Shown here: positions 29,045 through 39,481 of the stretch, in pieces
How the letters are laid out: each line of letters starts with the position of its first letter
Position numbering within the stretch: position 1 is the first letter of the stretch
IMG/VR virus record: IMGVR_UViG_3300028805_000067
Coordinates: 32,001-96,000 of that record
Source: a virus
Lineage: Duplodnaviria > Caudoviricetes
Direction: 5' to 3' (one strand)
DNA: 64,000 nt
Position numbers and translations under genes: made by a program
The notes under the pieces: model-generated
Databases searched by the model: none
What the model was told of the DNA's origin: nothing
What the model saw: only the letters and a program-made list of their open reading frames with translations

Positions 29045-29387
29045 GGGGATTGATATACCAAAATGTTGCGATGAGTGTGTACTTAAATACGATATTAAAT
29101 GTAAGTGTTATATTGGCTATCATCATCAGGATACAAGCAGGGCAAGTAAATGTCCTATCATAGTAGAACCAAATGACATGTCACTTTCAAGAGAAAAACA
29201 AAATAATTTGTATAAAGATTTATGCCAATATAAGAGCATTCTTGATCAAACAGTAAATAATCTTGATATTACACAAGGCGATTTTCTTTATGGCAAATGG
29301 TTGGCATATACAGATTGTTTAACTATGATAAATGGCATAATAAATAAGTATAAGAATGCGGGAACGGGTAGTGAGGCAGAATGCTAG
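29028..29387 (+). CDS. Hypothetical Cys-containing protein
   Basis: IKGIDIPKCCDEC..CP. Confidence 0.7.
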   Translation: MSIFIKGIDIPKCCDECVLKYDIKCKCYIGYHHQDTSRASKCPIIVEPNDMSLSREKQNNLYKDLCQYKSILDQTVNNLDITQGDFLYGKWLAYTDCLTMINGIINKYKNAGTGSEAEC

Positions 29388-29463
29388 CAGCGTCCGCCGC
29401 TTTGCATTTTCTTAAAATTTTTGATATAATATATATAGAAAATAAGAAAAGAGGTTATAAAAT

Positions 29464-29751
29464 ATGTTGGAATTAACAATGAATTGGAAAGATGATCATA
29501 CAAATGTAACAATACAGCAGAAAGAGGCAGATTTTACTGAGGATACTCCACTTTGTTACTCAGACGCTACAGACACTGCTTGTACGGCTGCCGCAGATAC
29601 TTTTAGAAATATACTGATTGCTGCTGGATATAGCCAGCAGACTATAGCTAAATATATGGTAGATGCTGGTCTGAGTTTGATGTTTAATACAGCGTCCCCT
29701 GCAGAATTTAATGATTACATGAATCAGATATATAGAGATTGGGAGGATTGA
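29464..29751 (+). CDS. Hypothetical protein
   Basis: Promoter and RBS. Confidence 0.75.
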   Translation: MLELTMNWKDDHTNVTIQQKEADFTEDTPLCYSDATDTACTAAADTFRNILIAAGYSQQTIAKYMVDAGLSLMFNTASPAEFNDYMNQIYRDWED

Positions 29752-30092
29752 AAGTGATTTATTCAAATGCAGCTAAACAAGCGTTACAGAATCTAACGGA
29801 TTATTGTGAATATATAGAAGAACAAAATATCCGCCTCGCAAAAGAAAATGAAAAATTGAGAGATAATGCGTATAAAGACAAAGAATTAGCAGAATTGCGA
29901 GAAAAATACGACAAGCTAGCTAAGGAAGCGTTTGTTCTTCCAGATGAAATACAAAAGAAAGTAAATGAACATAGTGAGAAGTATCATCATTATGGATTCA
30001 ATTATACTTTTGGACCATGTGCAGTTGGAACTTGGTATAATGTCAAGTGTGATAGATGTGATTGTGGTTGGGAGGTTGATGAGTTTTTCTAA
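29739..30092 (+). CDS. Hypothetical coiled-coil protein
   Basis: Start uncertain. Confidence 0.7.
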   Translation: MGGLKVIYSNAAKQALQNLTDYCEYIEEQNIRLAKENEKLRDNAYKDKELAELREKYDKLAKEAFVLPDEIQKKVNEHSEKYHHYGFNYTFGPCAVGTWYNVKCDRCDCGWEVDEFF

Positions 30093-30183
30093 TGATTATA
30101 GTAATGGCAATTTGTTTGTTAACTATTGCGGTAATTATGGTTAGTAATTATGCAAGTGAAGTAAAGAATTATGAGAAGGATGA

Positions 30184-30393
30184 TTGGTTTCTATGATAGA
30201 AGTAGTGTGTGAAGTAAGAGCTTGTCCGTATAATTTTGAGAAGTTGTGCGGGCGGCAGTTGGTGCGGATTGGGGTTAATGGCGGTTGCCGCCAACTATAT
30301 TTAAAAGACGGGAAACCTAGTCCAAGAGCAAATGAAGTAGAAGAAAATGCGAAGCGTGATATAGAAGGTTATGAGGTGGCGGCAGAGCAGTGA
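30184..30393 (+). CDS. Small Cys-rich protein
   Basis: CEVRACPYN..C..C; followed by terminator. Confidence 0.65.
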   Translation: MVSMIEVVCEVRACPYNFEKLCGRQLVRIGVNGGCRQLYLKDGKPSPRANEVEENAKRDIEGYEVAAEQ

Positions 30394-30431
30394 ATCCCGC
30401 CGCCTTTTTTTATTGATTTTAAACAAATTAG

Positions 30432-30691
30432 TTAAAAAGTGATAGTCCTCGATTAATAAATTGGTTAAAAAGTGATAGTCGGGGTTTAATAAATTATTAG
30501 TATTTTGTTAAAAATTTGAACAAGTTATTGGTAATATATATAATGGTTGCCGCAAAGACAAAAATTTTAGTTAAAAAGTGATAGTCGGGGTTTAATAAAA
30601 ATATAATGATTTGTTAGAAAAATACACAAGTTATTGGCAGCATTTAAAAAGCAGCCGCCGCATCTTAAATTTTTATTAAAAAGTAATAGTC
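30432..30691 (+). repeat. Four iteron-like TTAAAAAGT(G/A)ATAGTC repeats
   Basis: Copies at 30432, 30465, 30571 and 30676; last three spaced ~106 bp. Confidence 0.85.
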
Positions 30692-30775
30692 ACATTTTAA
30701 CAAAATTGGTCTTTTTACTAAAAATTACTAATAAGTTCTTTCAATATAAGTAAAGAAACATAGGAGGAAAAAATT

Positions 30776-31555
30776 ATGGCAAATTATAGTAGTATACCAA
30801 TACCAATTGTTACTAAAGTGATAGATGAGGAGACACATAAAATGATTGGTTCTGAAAGTGTGTTAAATAATAAAAGAGTTGATTTGCAAATTTTTGGATT
30901 TTTTCAGGTGAATAGTTTATTAATTGATGGTAAGTGGTATAATGATGATGGTGAGCTAATAGATACTAAAATTAGGTATATTCCTAAAAAGGGCAATACG
31001 CAAGAGCAATTGTTCAATAAATTTAAAAAGTATCTAGAAGAATATAATGCAAAGGTAGTGAAAGAAGAGTATAAGGTGAAGATATGCAGCTACTCTACCT
31101 TCCGTTCCCGCTTTAAGGATTTAAAAATGTATCAAATGATAGTTGAAACTACTATTGATATAGGGGGCGTTGCTACTAAAGTTTATAAGATTCAAACGCA
31201 GTTTAATATTTTTCAATATGTGCCTAAACCAACAATGGAACAGCTGGCTTATGGTACCAATAGTGCTACTATTAAGGTGTATGGGTATCTGTTGAATAAG
31301 TATAAGATGGCGCAAGAGAAAGGTGAAGATACAATCTTTTCTTCTATTGAGTTGCTGCGGATGTTGGGTATGTCGGATACCTACGGGGATAATTATAAAC
31401 ATATCAAGGCTATCTTATATACTTTACAGATATACGGGCTATTAGATTACTGTTGCTGGGTAGAGAAAAAAGATGGGGAGATAGTACAAAAGAAGAGGGT
31501 ACTTAGTATGAGTGTGGATTTGAAATCTATGGGGTATGCCATCTTTAGGGTTTAG
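30776..31555 (+). CDS. Winged-helix protein, replication-initiator-like
   Basis: IKVYGYLL..FSSIELLRMLG..IKAILYTLQIYGLLDY; flanked by iterons and palindromes. Confidence 0.5.
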   Translation: MANYSSIPIPIVTKVIDEETHKMIGSESVLNNKRVDLQIFGFFQVNSLLIDGKWYNDDGELIDTKIRYIPKKGNTQEQLFNKFKKYLEEYNAKVVKEEYKVKICSYSTFRSRFKDLKMYQMIVETTIDIGGVATKVYKIQTQFNIFQYVPKPTMEQLAYGTNSATIKVYGYLLNKYKMAQEKGEDTIFSSIELLRMLGMSDTYGDNYKHIKAILYTLQIYGLLDYCCWVEKKDGEIVQKKRVLSMSVDLKSMGYAIFRV

Positions 31556-31559
31556 TAAC

Positions 31560-31980
31560 AAAAAAATTTATTAAAAACCTATGCGGGCCTCGTAAAATTT
31601 TTATTAAAAACCTATAGGATTTAAATATAAATATGGTTTTACTCGCTTCGCTCGTAAAACCATATTTTAATATGAATATTTTTCAACTGCTTCGCAGTTG
31701 AAAAGAAAGCTCGCCGTTCGCTGCGCTCACAGGTTCGCAATCGTTCAACCATTTGTGCGAGCGCAGCGAGCAAAAAAAGATCTTTTTTCTACAAGGGTAA
31801 GAAGAGGTGGGAAGAAAAATTTTTTAAAAAATTTTTTTAAGAGAGAGAATGGTACTCTCTATTTTTTTATTTTAGAAGGGAAGGGTTTTTATCTGAGAGA
31901 ATAATTTTTTATTTAAGAATGATTTTTTATCTGAGAGGCTATTTTTTTGTCTGAGAGAGTATTTTTTATCTGAGAGGTGG
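31560..31980. repeat. Palindromes and short repeats, candidate replication origin
   Basis: AAATATGGTTTTAC..GTAAAACCATATTT and TTTTCAACTGC-TTC-GCAGTTGAAAA hairpins; TTTT(A/G)TCTGAGAG x4; TTTATTAAAAACCTAT x2. Confidence 0.6.
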
Positions 31981-32150
31981 AGGCCCAGCCAGCACAATAT
32001 TATATCTTATTATTAACTCTAATTCTACCGCCAGCTAGCGCTATGATACAATTTGACAACAATAAAAATTTATGATATAATTATAATGGGGGAGAAGAAC
32101 CCTTCAGCCGCTGCCGCAAATAAAAAGAGCCCCTATAAGAGGCTCTTTAA

Positions 32151-32504
32151 CTACTTAATTCCCCAGCCTTTAGATCTAGCTATTGCCGCATCCATTAAGG
32201 TGTCTGTTATAATTGAAGAAAGGAGACCTTTTACATACTTTTCACTTGGCAGGATACGCTCAAGTTCCTGCTTACTATAGATATAATCTCCAGCCTGTAA
32301 TACATCTTCTAGACACTTGAGTAGTTTACCAGTTAGAGCGTCTACTGTATCATTTATTTTCTTAGCAGCTGCTCTTGCTTTTGCATCAATCTTATCTTCC
32401 ATAATAGCTCTTGCTTTTGCTTCTGCGGCGGCTTTGGTCTGTTCCTCTTTAACCTGGGCTATGCGCTGTTCTAGCTCGTTAATTTCTTTATCAAAATCTC
32501 TCAT
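32151..32504 (-). CDS. Coiled-coil hypothetical protein
   Basis: Start MRDFDKE with promoter and AAGGA RBS. Confidence 0.75.
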   Translation of the reverse strand: MRDFDKEINELEQRIAQVKEEQTKAAAEAKARAIMEDKIDAKARAAAKKINDTVDALTGKLLKCLEDVLQAGDYIYSKQELERILPSEKYVKGLLSSIITDTLMDAAIARSKGWGIK

Positions 32505-33280
32505 AGGGGTTTCCTTTCTTTCTTTATTTTCTATATATATTATACCAAAAATTTTTATATTTTTCAAAGGGAAGTACCTAAACCAAGAAGTCTGTGTGAA
32601 ATTCAAGGGAACAAGGGCAATAAATTAAGCGGGCCAAGAAAATGGGTTTGACAATTTTTAAAAATTATAGTATAATTATAACGCTTTAAGCAGCATGCCC
32701 GCGTGGATAAAATAGGTTTTTTTAGTATTCAAAAATCTCAATTACTCTTTACTCTTGTTTGCCCAAAAATCTTTCCGCTATGTTCCGGGACACAGAAGCT
32801 GGCAGCCGCTGCCGCTATGTGAGATAGATTTTTCTGGGACCGGCAGCGGCTTCCTGAGGACGGGACACCGGGCGCTGGCCGCCCGCTCAGTTCTGTTTTG
32901 TCAATTGTTTGCTATGAGCGCTATGAGGTAGTTCTTTGGGCCCAGTATTCTGGGACTCCAGCGTTATGGAGGGGCCTGTTAGATTTTGGCGGGCTTGGTT
33001 GATGGATGTCAGACAAGAGCTGGCTCGGGGATGAATTGGGTAGACAATTTCGGGATTTTGGGCAAAAAGTTTTTCAAAAAAAATTCAAAAAATATTTGAC
33101 ATAGGGGTAAATTTGTGGTATAATTCGGGGCGACGGCGCAGAATGCGCCTGTCGTCGCCCCGCTCAAAACAATAGCCCCCACTCTGCACGAGAGTAGGGG
33201 CTACCGCCAAACAAAAGAGAGGTCAATTATTAGAATGTCCACACAAGGGCGCAACCGCCTTGCGCCCAAGTGTCAATATT

Positions 33281-33733
33281 CTATTTTTTCTTCTTATACT
33301 TTCCGAGTTCCACAAAATCAAGTTTTATGGTTTTATCGTTTACTTTTGCGTGTATCAGCTTGTTATCTTTTTCAACTGTAAAGGCTATACCTGCTTTTTC
33401 AAGAGCCTCTTTTACAGTTGTGAATACTAATACTTTTTCATCTGCGATATGTACTGTTCGAGGCTTTGTAGGGGTAGCTCGCACTTTTTCAGACTTTGCA
33501 TTTTCTCTGCGATAGCCTTTTGCTTTCTTATCAAGCGCCTCGCGTTCTTCGCTTATTAGTTCCGCCTTATCTTCGGGCGACATTTTCTTTACTCTTTCTT
33601 CGTGGTCTATTGCCCAATCATCAAGAGCCATATAGACGGCTTCGTTATAACTGATTTTTGCGGTTTCTTGCAATCTTGCTATTTCCTTATCATCAAGAGT
33701 GATGGCTGTTCCGCTTGGTAATTCATACTTCAT
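33281..33733 (-). CDS. Hypothetical protein
   Basis: 150 aa, GAGG RBS. Confidence 0.8.
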   Translation of the reverse strand: MKYELPSGTAITLDDKEIARLQETAKISYNEAVYMALDDWAIDHEERVKKMSPEDKAELISEEREALDKKAKGYRRENAKSEKVRATPTKPRTVHIADEKVLVFTTVKEALEKAGIAFTVEKDNKLIHAKVNDKTIKLDFVELGKYKKKK

Positions 33734-33792
33734 TTTGTGTGCCTCTTTTCTTTTGTTTTTATATGGTGGGGTGGCTTATCGCCACCCACACC

Positions 33793-34173
33793 CTATTCTT
33801 CAGTTTTCAGCATATACTGCGAGGTGTTCTTAACTTTTGTCTTTATAAGAACATCTTTTGCAACCAACTTATTAAGCAACGGAGAGAGTTTCTGAGGAGT
33901 GAGTTCCTTTATCTCTGAAATTGTGGTTGCTTTGTAAAAATCAGCCTGAGAGATAAAACCTCTATCTGCTAATCTTTCAAACTCACTTGTGATATACACC
34001 ATAAGTGTTTCATTTTCTTTCTGTGTTGCAGTAGGCTTACGGTTGCTATATGCTTTCTTAATGTTGCTAATTTCATCTTTGATAAAATTAGTGAGTTCCT
34101 CATTATCCTTAATATACTCAAGGATTTCATTGTACTTTTCTACTTTTGTTTTCTGTTTTGCCATATCAAGCAC
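33793..34173 (-). CDS. Winged-helix DNA-binding protein (paralog 2)
   Basis: KPTATQKENE..LTPQKLSPLLNKLV..Y. Confidence 0.7.
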   Translation of the reverse strand: MLDMAKQKTKVEKYNEILEYIKDNEELTNFIKDEISNIKKAYSNRKPTATQKENETLMVYITSEFERLADRGFISQADFYKATTISEIKELTPQKLSPLLNKLVAKDVLIKTKVKNTSQYMLKTEE

Positions 34174-34213
34174 TTCCTTTCTTTATTGTGACTTTATTAT
34201 AACATACTTTTTA

Positions 34214-35050
34214 TTATTTGTCAAGAGTTTTTTTTGAAAAATCTTGAACAGTTCCAAGTTTGCGACAGGGCATAAACTCAAGTATAGGATTTATTTTGCC
34301 CTTGCGTAACGCCTTTGCCAAAATTATACTTTCAATTTCTGCATCATTTAGCGCCGTATGTGCCTCGATAAAATTCAATTCTTTTGCGAGGTATCGGTAT
34401 GCAACCTCTGCACTTGTCTTGAAATATTTTGCGCCCAAAAAATTATTTTTTACACAAAACTTCTTGTATCGTGAGTTATTGATAAGTTTGTCACATGCGA
34501 CTGCCCATATATCCACAATAGGCACTGTTATGTGGCGGAGGGTGAAGATAGGTTGTCTCCATGTATCGTCTATTATAGGAGGCTTATAACCACTAACAAA
34601 ATTATCAAATTGCCTTTTTTCCCACTCTTCAAACTTATCGCTATAGTATGCTTTTATAAAGCGTTCGGTATAAGGGATAGCTTTTTTAAAATCAAAAGTG
34701 GCATTATATGCACATACATTATACACCTTTTCCATATCGGCACATAGTTCTACAATGATATCATTCCATAAACGGATTTCTACCTTGCCTTTGCGTATGG
34801 ATTTGAGATACTTTGGGCGCTTATTTGCATAGTATGCACTATTATATAGTTCTTCGTCAAAAAAGATTTCTTGTACGATATAGTTTACTTTTTTGACAAT
34901 ATGCCCCTGTCTATCCATTATAACCCACCCTATGTCATACACTATAGGCTTTTTTAGCGCAATATCACCTTTATTGATATTATGCTCGGTATGAGATAAG
35001 TTTAGTGTGGTTGTTTCGGTATCAAGTACCAAATAATACTGCTTTTTCAT
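34214..35050 (-). CDS. DEDDh 3'-5' exonuclease
   Basis: LDTETT, AYNATFD, HTALNDA. Confidence 0.88.
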   Translation of the reverse strand: MKKQYYLVLDTETTTLNLSHTEHNINKGDIALKKPIVYDIGWVIMDRQGHIVKKVNYIVQEIFFDEELYNSAYYANKRPKYLKSIRKGKVEIRLWNDIIVELCADMEKVYNVCAYNATFDFKKAIPYTERFIKAYYSDKFEEWEKRQFDNFVSGYKPPIIDDTWRQPIFTLRHITVPIVDIWAVACDKLINNSRYKKFCVKNNFLGAKYFKTSAEVAYRYLAKELNFIEAHTALNDAEIESIILAKALRKGKINPILEFMPCRKLGTVQDFSKKTLDK

Positions 35051-35408
35051 GTTTTGTTGTCATCACCTCTTCTTTTGTTTTTGTACCCTTATTATAACAT
35101 ACTTTCTTTTGTTTGTCAAGGGTTTTTTTAATTTTTTTAAGATTTTTTGTTTCTGTGGGAGTGTTTCCGTTTCCTTTATCTTGATTAAATTATACCTCTA
35201 AACAAGCAAAAAGTCAACATTTTTTTAATTTTGAGGCGGATTTCGTCATTTTTCACAAAAAAATAGTGGTTTTTAGGATATTTTTTGTGCATTTTTTTCA
35301 AAAAAAGTGCTTGACAAATATTCTGAAGTGTGATATAATAGAAAATTCGGGGCATTTTCGCCAAATGCGGGCGAAAATGCCCCGCTCAAACAAGAAAAGT
35401 GGCGGATT

Positions 35409-35615
35409 TCAAACGATTTCCGCTACTTTTTTACTTTTTGGACTTAAACATAAAATATTTTTTAATGTTTTATTAGTTGCCATACTTTTCAATGCTGTTG
35501 TATAAGTTGAGTTAATCTCATATGCAGTTGGCCAAAAAGAATTTACATCTGCCATGCGAACTTCCATATCTTCAGGGTATTGTTTTAATTGTTTAATTAG
35601 TTCATTTACTTTCAT
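35409..35615 (-). CDS. Hypothetical protein
   Basis: MKVNELIKQLKQYPEDMEV, a common small phage protein start. Confidence 0.75.
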   Translation of the reverse strand: MKVNELIKQLKQYPEDMEVRMADVNSFWPTAYEINSTYTTALKSMATNKTLKNILCLSPKSKKVAEIV

Positions 35616-35878
35616 TCTTTCACCTCTTCAACTTCTATTGTGGGTTCATCCCAATTCCAATCTTCAGGATATACGGAATCCCCATATGATTTTCCTATAG
35701 CCAATGCCTCTTCTTTACTGTATGCCCATACAACAGTACCTGTCCGAGCTTTTGTTGTTATCAATACATTATATTTTTTACGAGGGGTTGCTCGTTCATA
35801 TTCTGCACAATCTTCATAGTTATTAAAGATTGTTCCGTCATATGCTCTATATTTAATTATCTTGTCCATTATATCCAA
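35612..35878 (-). CDS. Hypothetical protein
   Basis: 88 aa. Confidence 0.75.
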   Translation of the reverse strand: MDIMDKIIKYRAYDGTIFNNYEDCAEYERATPRKKYNVLITTKARTGTVVWAYSKEEALAIGKSYGDSVYPEDWNWDEPTIEVEEVKE

Positions 35879-35914
35879 CCTTTCTTTTTTAAATATTCTT
35901 CCAACATACCACCA

Positions 35915-36178
35915 TTAAATCAAACCTTTTCTCTTGCCATATCTGCGCAAGCCTTTAATTATTCTATGTTTAACCATATCGCACCTGTATGAATTGCAGG
36001 CATCTGCCATTATTTCAGAAAAATCTATGTTATATTCAATACCATATTTTTCCCAACCTCTTATTCTTGTTTTTACACTATTTCTTGCCTGTTCGCTATA
36101 ACTTCTGGGGCGCCATTTTCTGCGATACATTATATGCTGATTTTTCTTTTTCTTTGTCATGTTTACCTCCTTATGCAA
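35915..36178 (-). CDS. Basic hypothetical protein
   Basis: Likely start MTKKK (AAGGAGG). Confidence 0.7.
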   Translation of the reverse strand: MHKEVNMTKKKKNQHIMYRRKWRPRSYSEQARNSVKTRIRGWEKYGIEYNIDFSEIMADACNSYRCDMVKHRIIKGLRRYGKRKGLI

Positions 36179-36184
36179 GGTGCA

Positions 36185-36667
36185 TTAAAGCACCTTGCTT
36201 TCTGTTACGAAATACTTTGCGTGAAACTTTTTAGCCATTTCTTTTATAGCGAGGCTCTCTTTCTGTGTCTTGCTATATACATTAAATACAGTATCAAGTC
36301 CACTTGTTGCTACAGAGTTAAAACTTATGCGTGCCATTTTAAGCATTTCCGCCAAATCTTCGGCTCGCTCATTACGGACAGTCATTTCAATTTTCCATAA
36401 CTTATCTCGCCTTGCTTTTTCTTCAAGCCACTTGACTATGTATACTCCAATAAGGTTACATAAGCCTATGATAGTAGCTTTTAACCATAGTGGCAGGTCG
36501 CACATCATGTATACTACTACCACGGTATATAAACCGTATGCAATAGCATTAGTTAGTGCGGATACAAGTTTTCCACCTTTTATGGTGGCTATACTCTTGA
36601 TAGTCTGTAAAAGCACATTGACTACATTGAGTATAATGTAAATAATTAGCAGTTTCATTTGTTGCAC
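36185..36667 (-). CDS. Membrane protein, DUF5698/DUF2179-like
   Basis: Three transmembrane helices plus small C-terminal alpha/beta domain. Confidence 0.6.
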   Translation of the reverse strand: MQQMKLLIIYIILNVVNVLLQTIKSIATIKGGKLVSALTNAIAYGLYTVVVVYMMCDLPLWLKATIIGLCNLIGVYIVKWLEEKARRDKLWKIEMTVRNERAEDLAEMLKMARISFNSVATSGLDTVFNVYSKTQKESLAIKEMAKKFHAKYFVTESKVL

Positions 36668-37114
36668 CTCTTTCTTTTGTTTTTGTAATTATATTATATC
36701 ATAAAAGAAAAGGTTTGTCAAGCACTATTTCAATTTTTCAGAAATATTTTTTCAACCTTGTTATAAGTCCTCGACTTCCTTACGCACCTGACAGGGTTTT
36801 GTTTTAGGTTTTATCAGCCTTTTCTATTGATATTATAACATAATTTTAAGTACTTGTCAAGTACTTTTTTTATTTATTTTTTATTGCGGAGTTGCTTGGT
36901 TCTCTCTTAACCTTACAAGCATATTGTACCACAAGACCGAGCTTTTTGCAAGTGGCAAACTGCACAAAATATCGGGAATTTTTTTGTGCAAAATTTTTTG
37001 AAAAAATGCTTGACAAATCTTCCGGGATGTGATATAATGGAAAATTCGCGGCGGTTGCACGAAGTGCGGGCGCAACCGCCGCGACCAAAATAAAAGAGGG
37101 CTTTCGCCCTCCTT

Positions 37115-37321
37115 TTAGTACAACCCCTCAAACATCTGCATAAGGTCATTAATTCCGTTTCGCATCTGTTCCTGCTTTTCTGCGAGATAGGTTTTGTACT
37201 GTTCAATAGCCTTTTCTCTTGCCTCTTCATAGGTTTCGGCATCAACCGCCACCATGTAAACAGGAACATCCTCGCCAAGTACATTTTCATTCATTTCTCT
37301 TGTGTCAATAACTCTTGCCAT
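37115..37321 (-). CDS. Hypothetical protein
   Basis: 68 aa, GAGG RBS. Confidence 0.75.
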   Translation of the reverse strand: MARVIDTREMNENVLGEDVPVYMVAVDAETYEEAREKAIEQYKTYLAEKQEQMRNGINDLMQMFEGLY

Positions 37322-37342
37322 AATTAAACACCTCTTTCTTTT

Positions 37343-38617
37343 TTATTGTATATTATTAAATAGTTCTTGCAAATCTTTTTTTGCAATTTTAGCTATTTCA
37401 TCATTACTTGGCACATAACGGTTATGTGAATAAAGCCATTGGCTGATTGTATTGTTATTAGTATAAATATCCAAACAAATATAAGGTCGTCCGTCCATAT
37501 ATAAAGCACATCCATAACGCTGTCCAGTTCCAAGATAATTCCTCCATTCATAATCACTAAAACAGTTATGGAAATCTCTTCCAATTTTTTGGCAATCTTG
37601 ATATGTATACGGTATTACCAACTCTATCTTATGTTCGTCAATAATTTTACTATATTCAGGAAGCCTCTCTTGACGCTTTGTAAAAAGTTCAAATTTGTGT
37701 CTTTCTCTATAATCTTTATATACTTTTGCTAATTTATCTGCACTTATAAGAAAATCACTATAACTTTTATTCTTAACATAATCAGTAGTAGGTATTTCCA
37801 TGTCGGCACAAGACTTTTCAATATTTCCCAATATGTTGATTATAGTTGTTAAACATATATCTTTACTGGTTCTACAACAACTATCTTTAATTTTAAATGT
37901 GTTTCGTGGTTCATATTCTAACCAATCTTTAATATAATTAGGGATATTATTAATAATATTATTAATAGTATTTTGTATTTCTTGTACTTTTTTATCCTGT
38001 TCCACAAGCATATATTCAATTTCATTTTTATATTTAGTAAGCATATCAAATTGTTTTGGACTCAAAAGTTCAGAGATTTCACTACCTGATGATACTAAGC
38101 GTTTCAATAATGTTGGTGGGAATTTATCTTTTAATGATAATGTAATAGCCTCTTGTAGAAATTGACCTAAATCATTATATTTTTTCTTAGTAATCGCCTG
38201 TGAAATATTTTTGGTAGAAACATCTTTTAAGTTTTCTAACAGAATTTTCTCCGTATATGAAAGTTCGGAATTAGCACCAAAATTGGCAATTTTATTTTTA
38301 TATGCTAATTCCATAGCCAATATGATTTTCTTTTGAAGCTCTTCATCCATTTCATTATTATATATAAGTTTATTAACATCTGCTAATAATTTAGCAATAT
38401 TTAACATTGCCATATTTACATGAGTGCGTTTTATAGTGCCACATTTCCTATTAAAAGTGATATCATTATAACGATGATTGTAGAATGAAGTTACACTTAA
38501 ATCATTTACATCAATTTTATCTACTCGCCACGGATATACAGTATATATATACTCATGTCCATTTGGTGCAGTAATTGATACACCATTTTCAATTTCTTTT
38601 AGTATAATGTCTGCCAT
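37343..38617 (-). CDS. Hypothetical protein with PcfJ-like C-terminus
   Basis: LVIP..IGRDFHNC..PYICLDI..ISQW..HN. Confidence 0.55.
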   Translation of the reverse strand: MADIILKEIENGVSITAPNGHEYIYTVYPWRVDKIDVNDLSVTSFYNHRYNDITFNRKCGTIKRTHVNMAMLNIAKLLADVNKLIYNNEMDEELQKKIILAMELAYKNKIANFGANSELSYTEKILLENLKDVSTKNISQAITKKKYNDLGQFLQEAITLSLKDKFPPTLLKRLVSSGSEISELLSPKQFDMLTKYKNEIEYMLVEQDKKVQEIQNTINNIINNIPNYIKDWLEYEPRNTFKIKDSCCRTSKDICLTTIINILGNIEKSCADMEIPTTDYVKNKSYSDFLISADKLAKVYKDYRERHKFELFTKRQERLPEYSKIIDEHKIELVIPYTYQDCQKIGRDFHNCFSDYEWRNYLGTGQRYGCALYMDGRPYICLDIYTNNNTISQWLYSHNRYVPSNDEIAKIAKKDLQELFNNIQ

Positions 38618-38982
38618 TGTTTTTACCTCTTTTCTTTTGTTTTTGTACCTTTATTATAGCACATTGTTGCTTGTTTGTCAAGTACTTTTTTTATTTTTTT
38701 TGGAAGTTTTTGTTTAGGTTCTTCCTTAACCTTACAAGTAGATTATACCAAAAAAGAGTTAAAATGTCAAGCGGAAATAGGTAGAAAAATTGCACAAAAT
38801 ATCGGGATAAAATTTGTGCAAGATGCCAGCAAAAAGTGCTTGACATTTTTCTGAGGATGTGATATAATAGAATTTTCGGCTCGGTGCGCGGAACGCGCAA
38901 GGCACCGAGCCGACAAAACAACAACCCCTCTGCCGAGCGACAGAGGGGACAACGGAGGATTATACAATGGTTTGACAGTTGA

Positions 38983-39037
38983 TAGCAGTGTAGAGGAATC
39001 GAACCTCTTATTGCTTACCCAATACCATTTCACTGCT
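38983..39037 (-). ncRNA. D-arm-less mini-tRNA-like element
   Basis: AGCAGTG/CACTGCT stem, AGAGG-TTCGATT-CCTCT T-arm, one internal hairpin. Confidence 0.65.
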
Positions 39038-39134
39038 TTCGCTATTTTTTTCCTTTTCTTTTTGATGAAAAATCAGTTTCTGCGCCGAACTGGCCTAAAG
39101 TCATCTTTTTTCAAGTGGTAAGCGTTGAAAAAGA

Positions 39135-39187
39135 AAGCAAGTTAGGGATTTGCACCCTATTACTCGAGATACCGCTATGGACTTGCT
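39135..39187 (-). ncRNA. D-arm-less mini-tRNA-like element
   Basis: AGCAAGT/ACTTGCT stem stacked on TAGGG-TGCAAAT-CCCTA. Confidence 0.6.
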
Positions 39188-39334
39188 ACATAAGCATTGA
39201 GTGTTTATTTTCATGTCAAAAACTTAGGTTGCTTATCACCTAAAAAAGCCATTCTACTGTTGTTACCCCGAGAACCCAAGGACTAAGGAGTTTTTATTGC
39301 CGACTGCGTGAACTCTCATAGTGTTAAACACGCT

Positions 39335-39387
39335 CGTGATTGTGGTGGATTTGAACCACCTTGCCCTTATGGCTTCCATTCAACCAT
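39335..39387 (-). ncRNA. D-arm-less mini-tRNA-like element
   Basis: TGGTTG/CAATCA stem, GGTGG-TTCAAAT-CCACC T-arm, GCC-ATAAG-GGC hairpin. Confidence 0.6.
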
Positions 39388-39481
39388 ATTCAAGGGGTGG
39401 CGTGGCGTTGCCACCCCTGTATCTTTATAACCCAACTTGGTACGCACTGTTAGTAGGCGTGTCAGGGAAGGAGTGCAAGGG

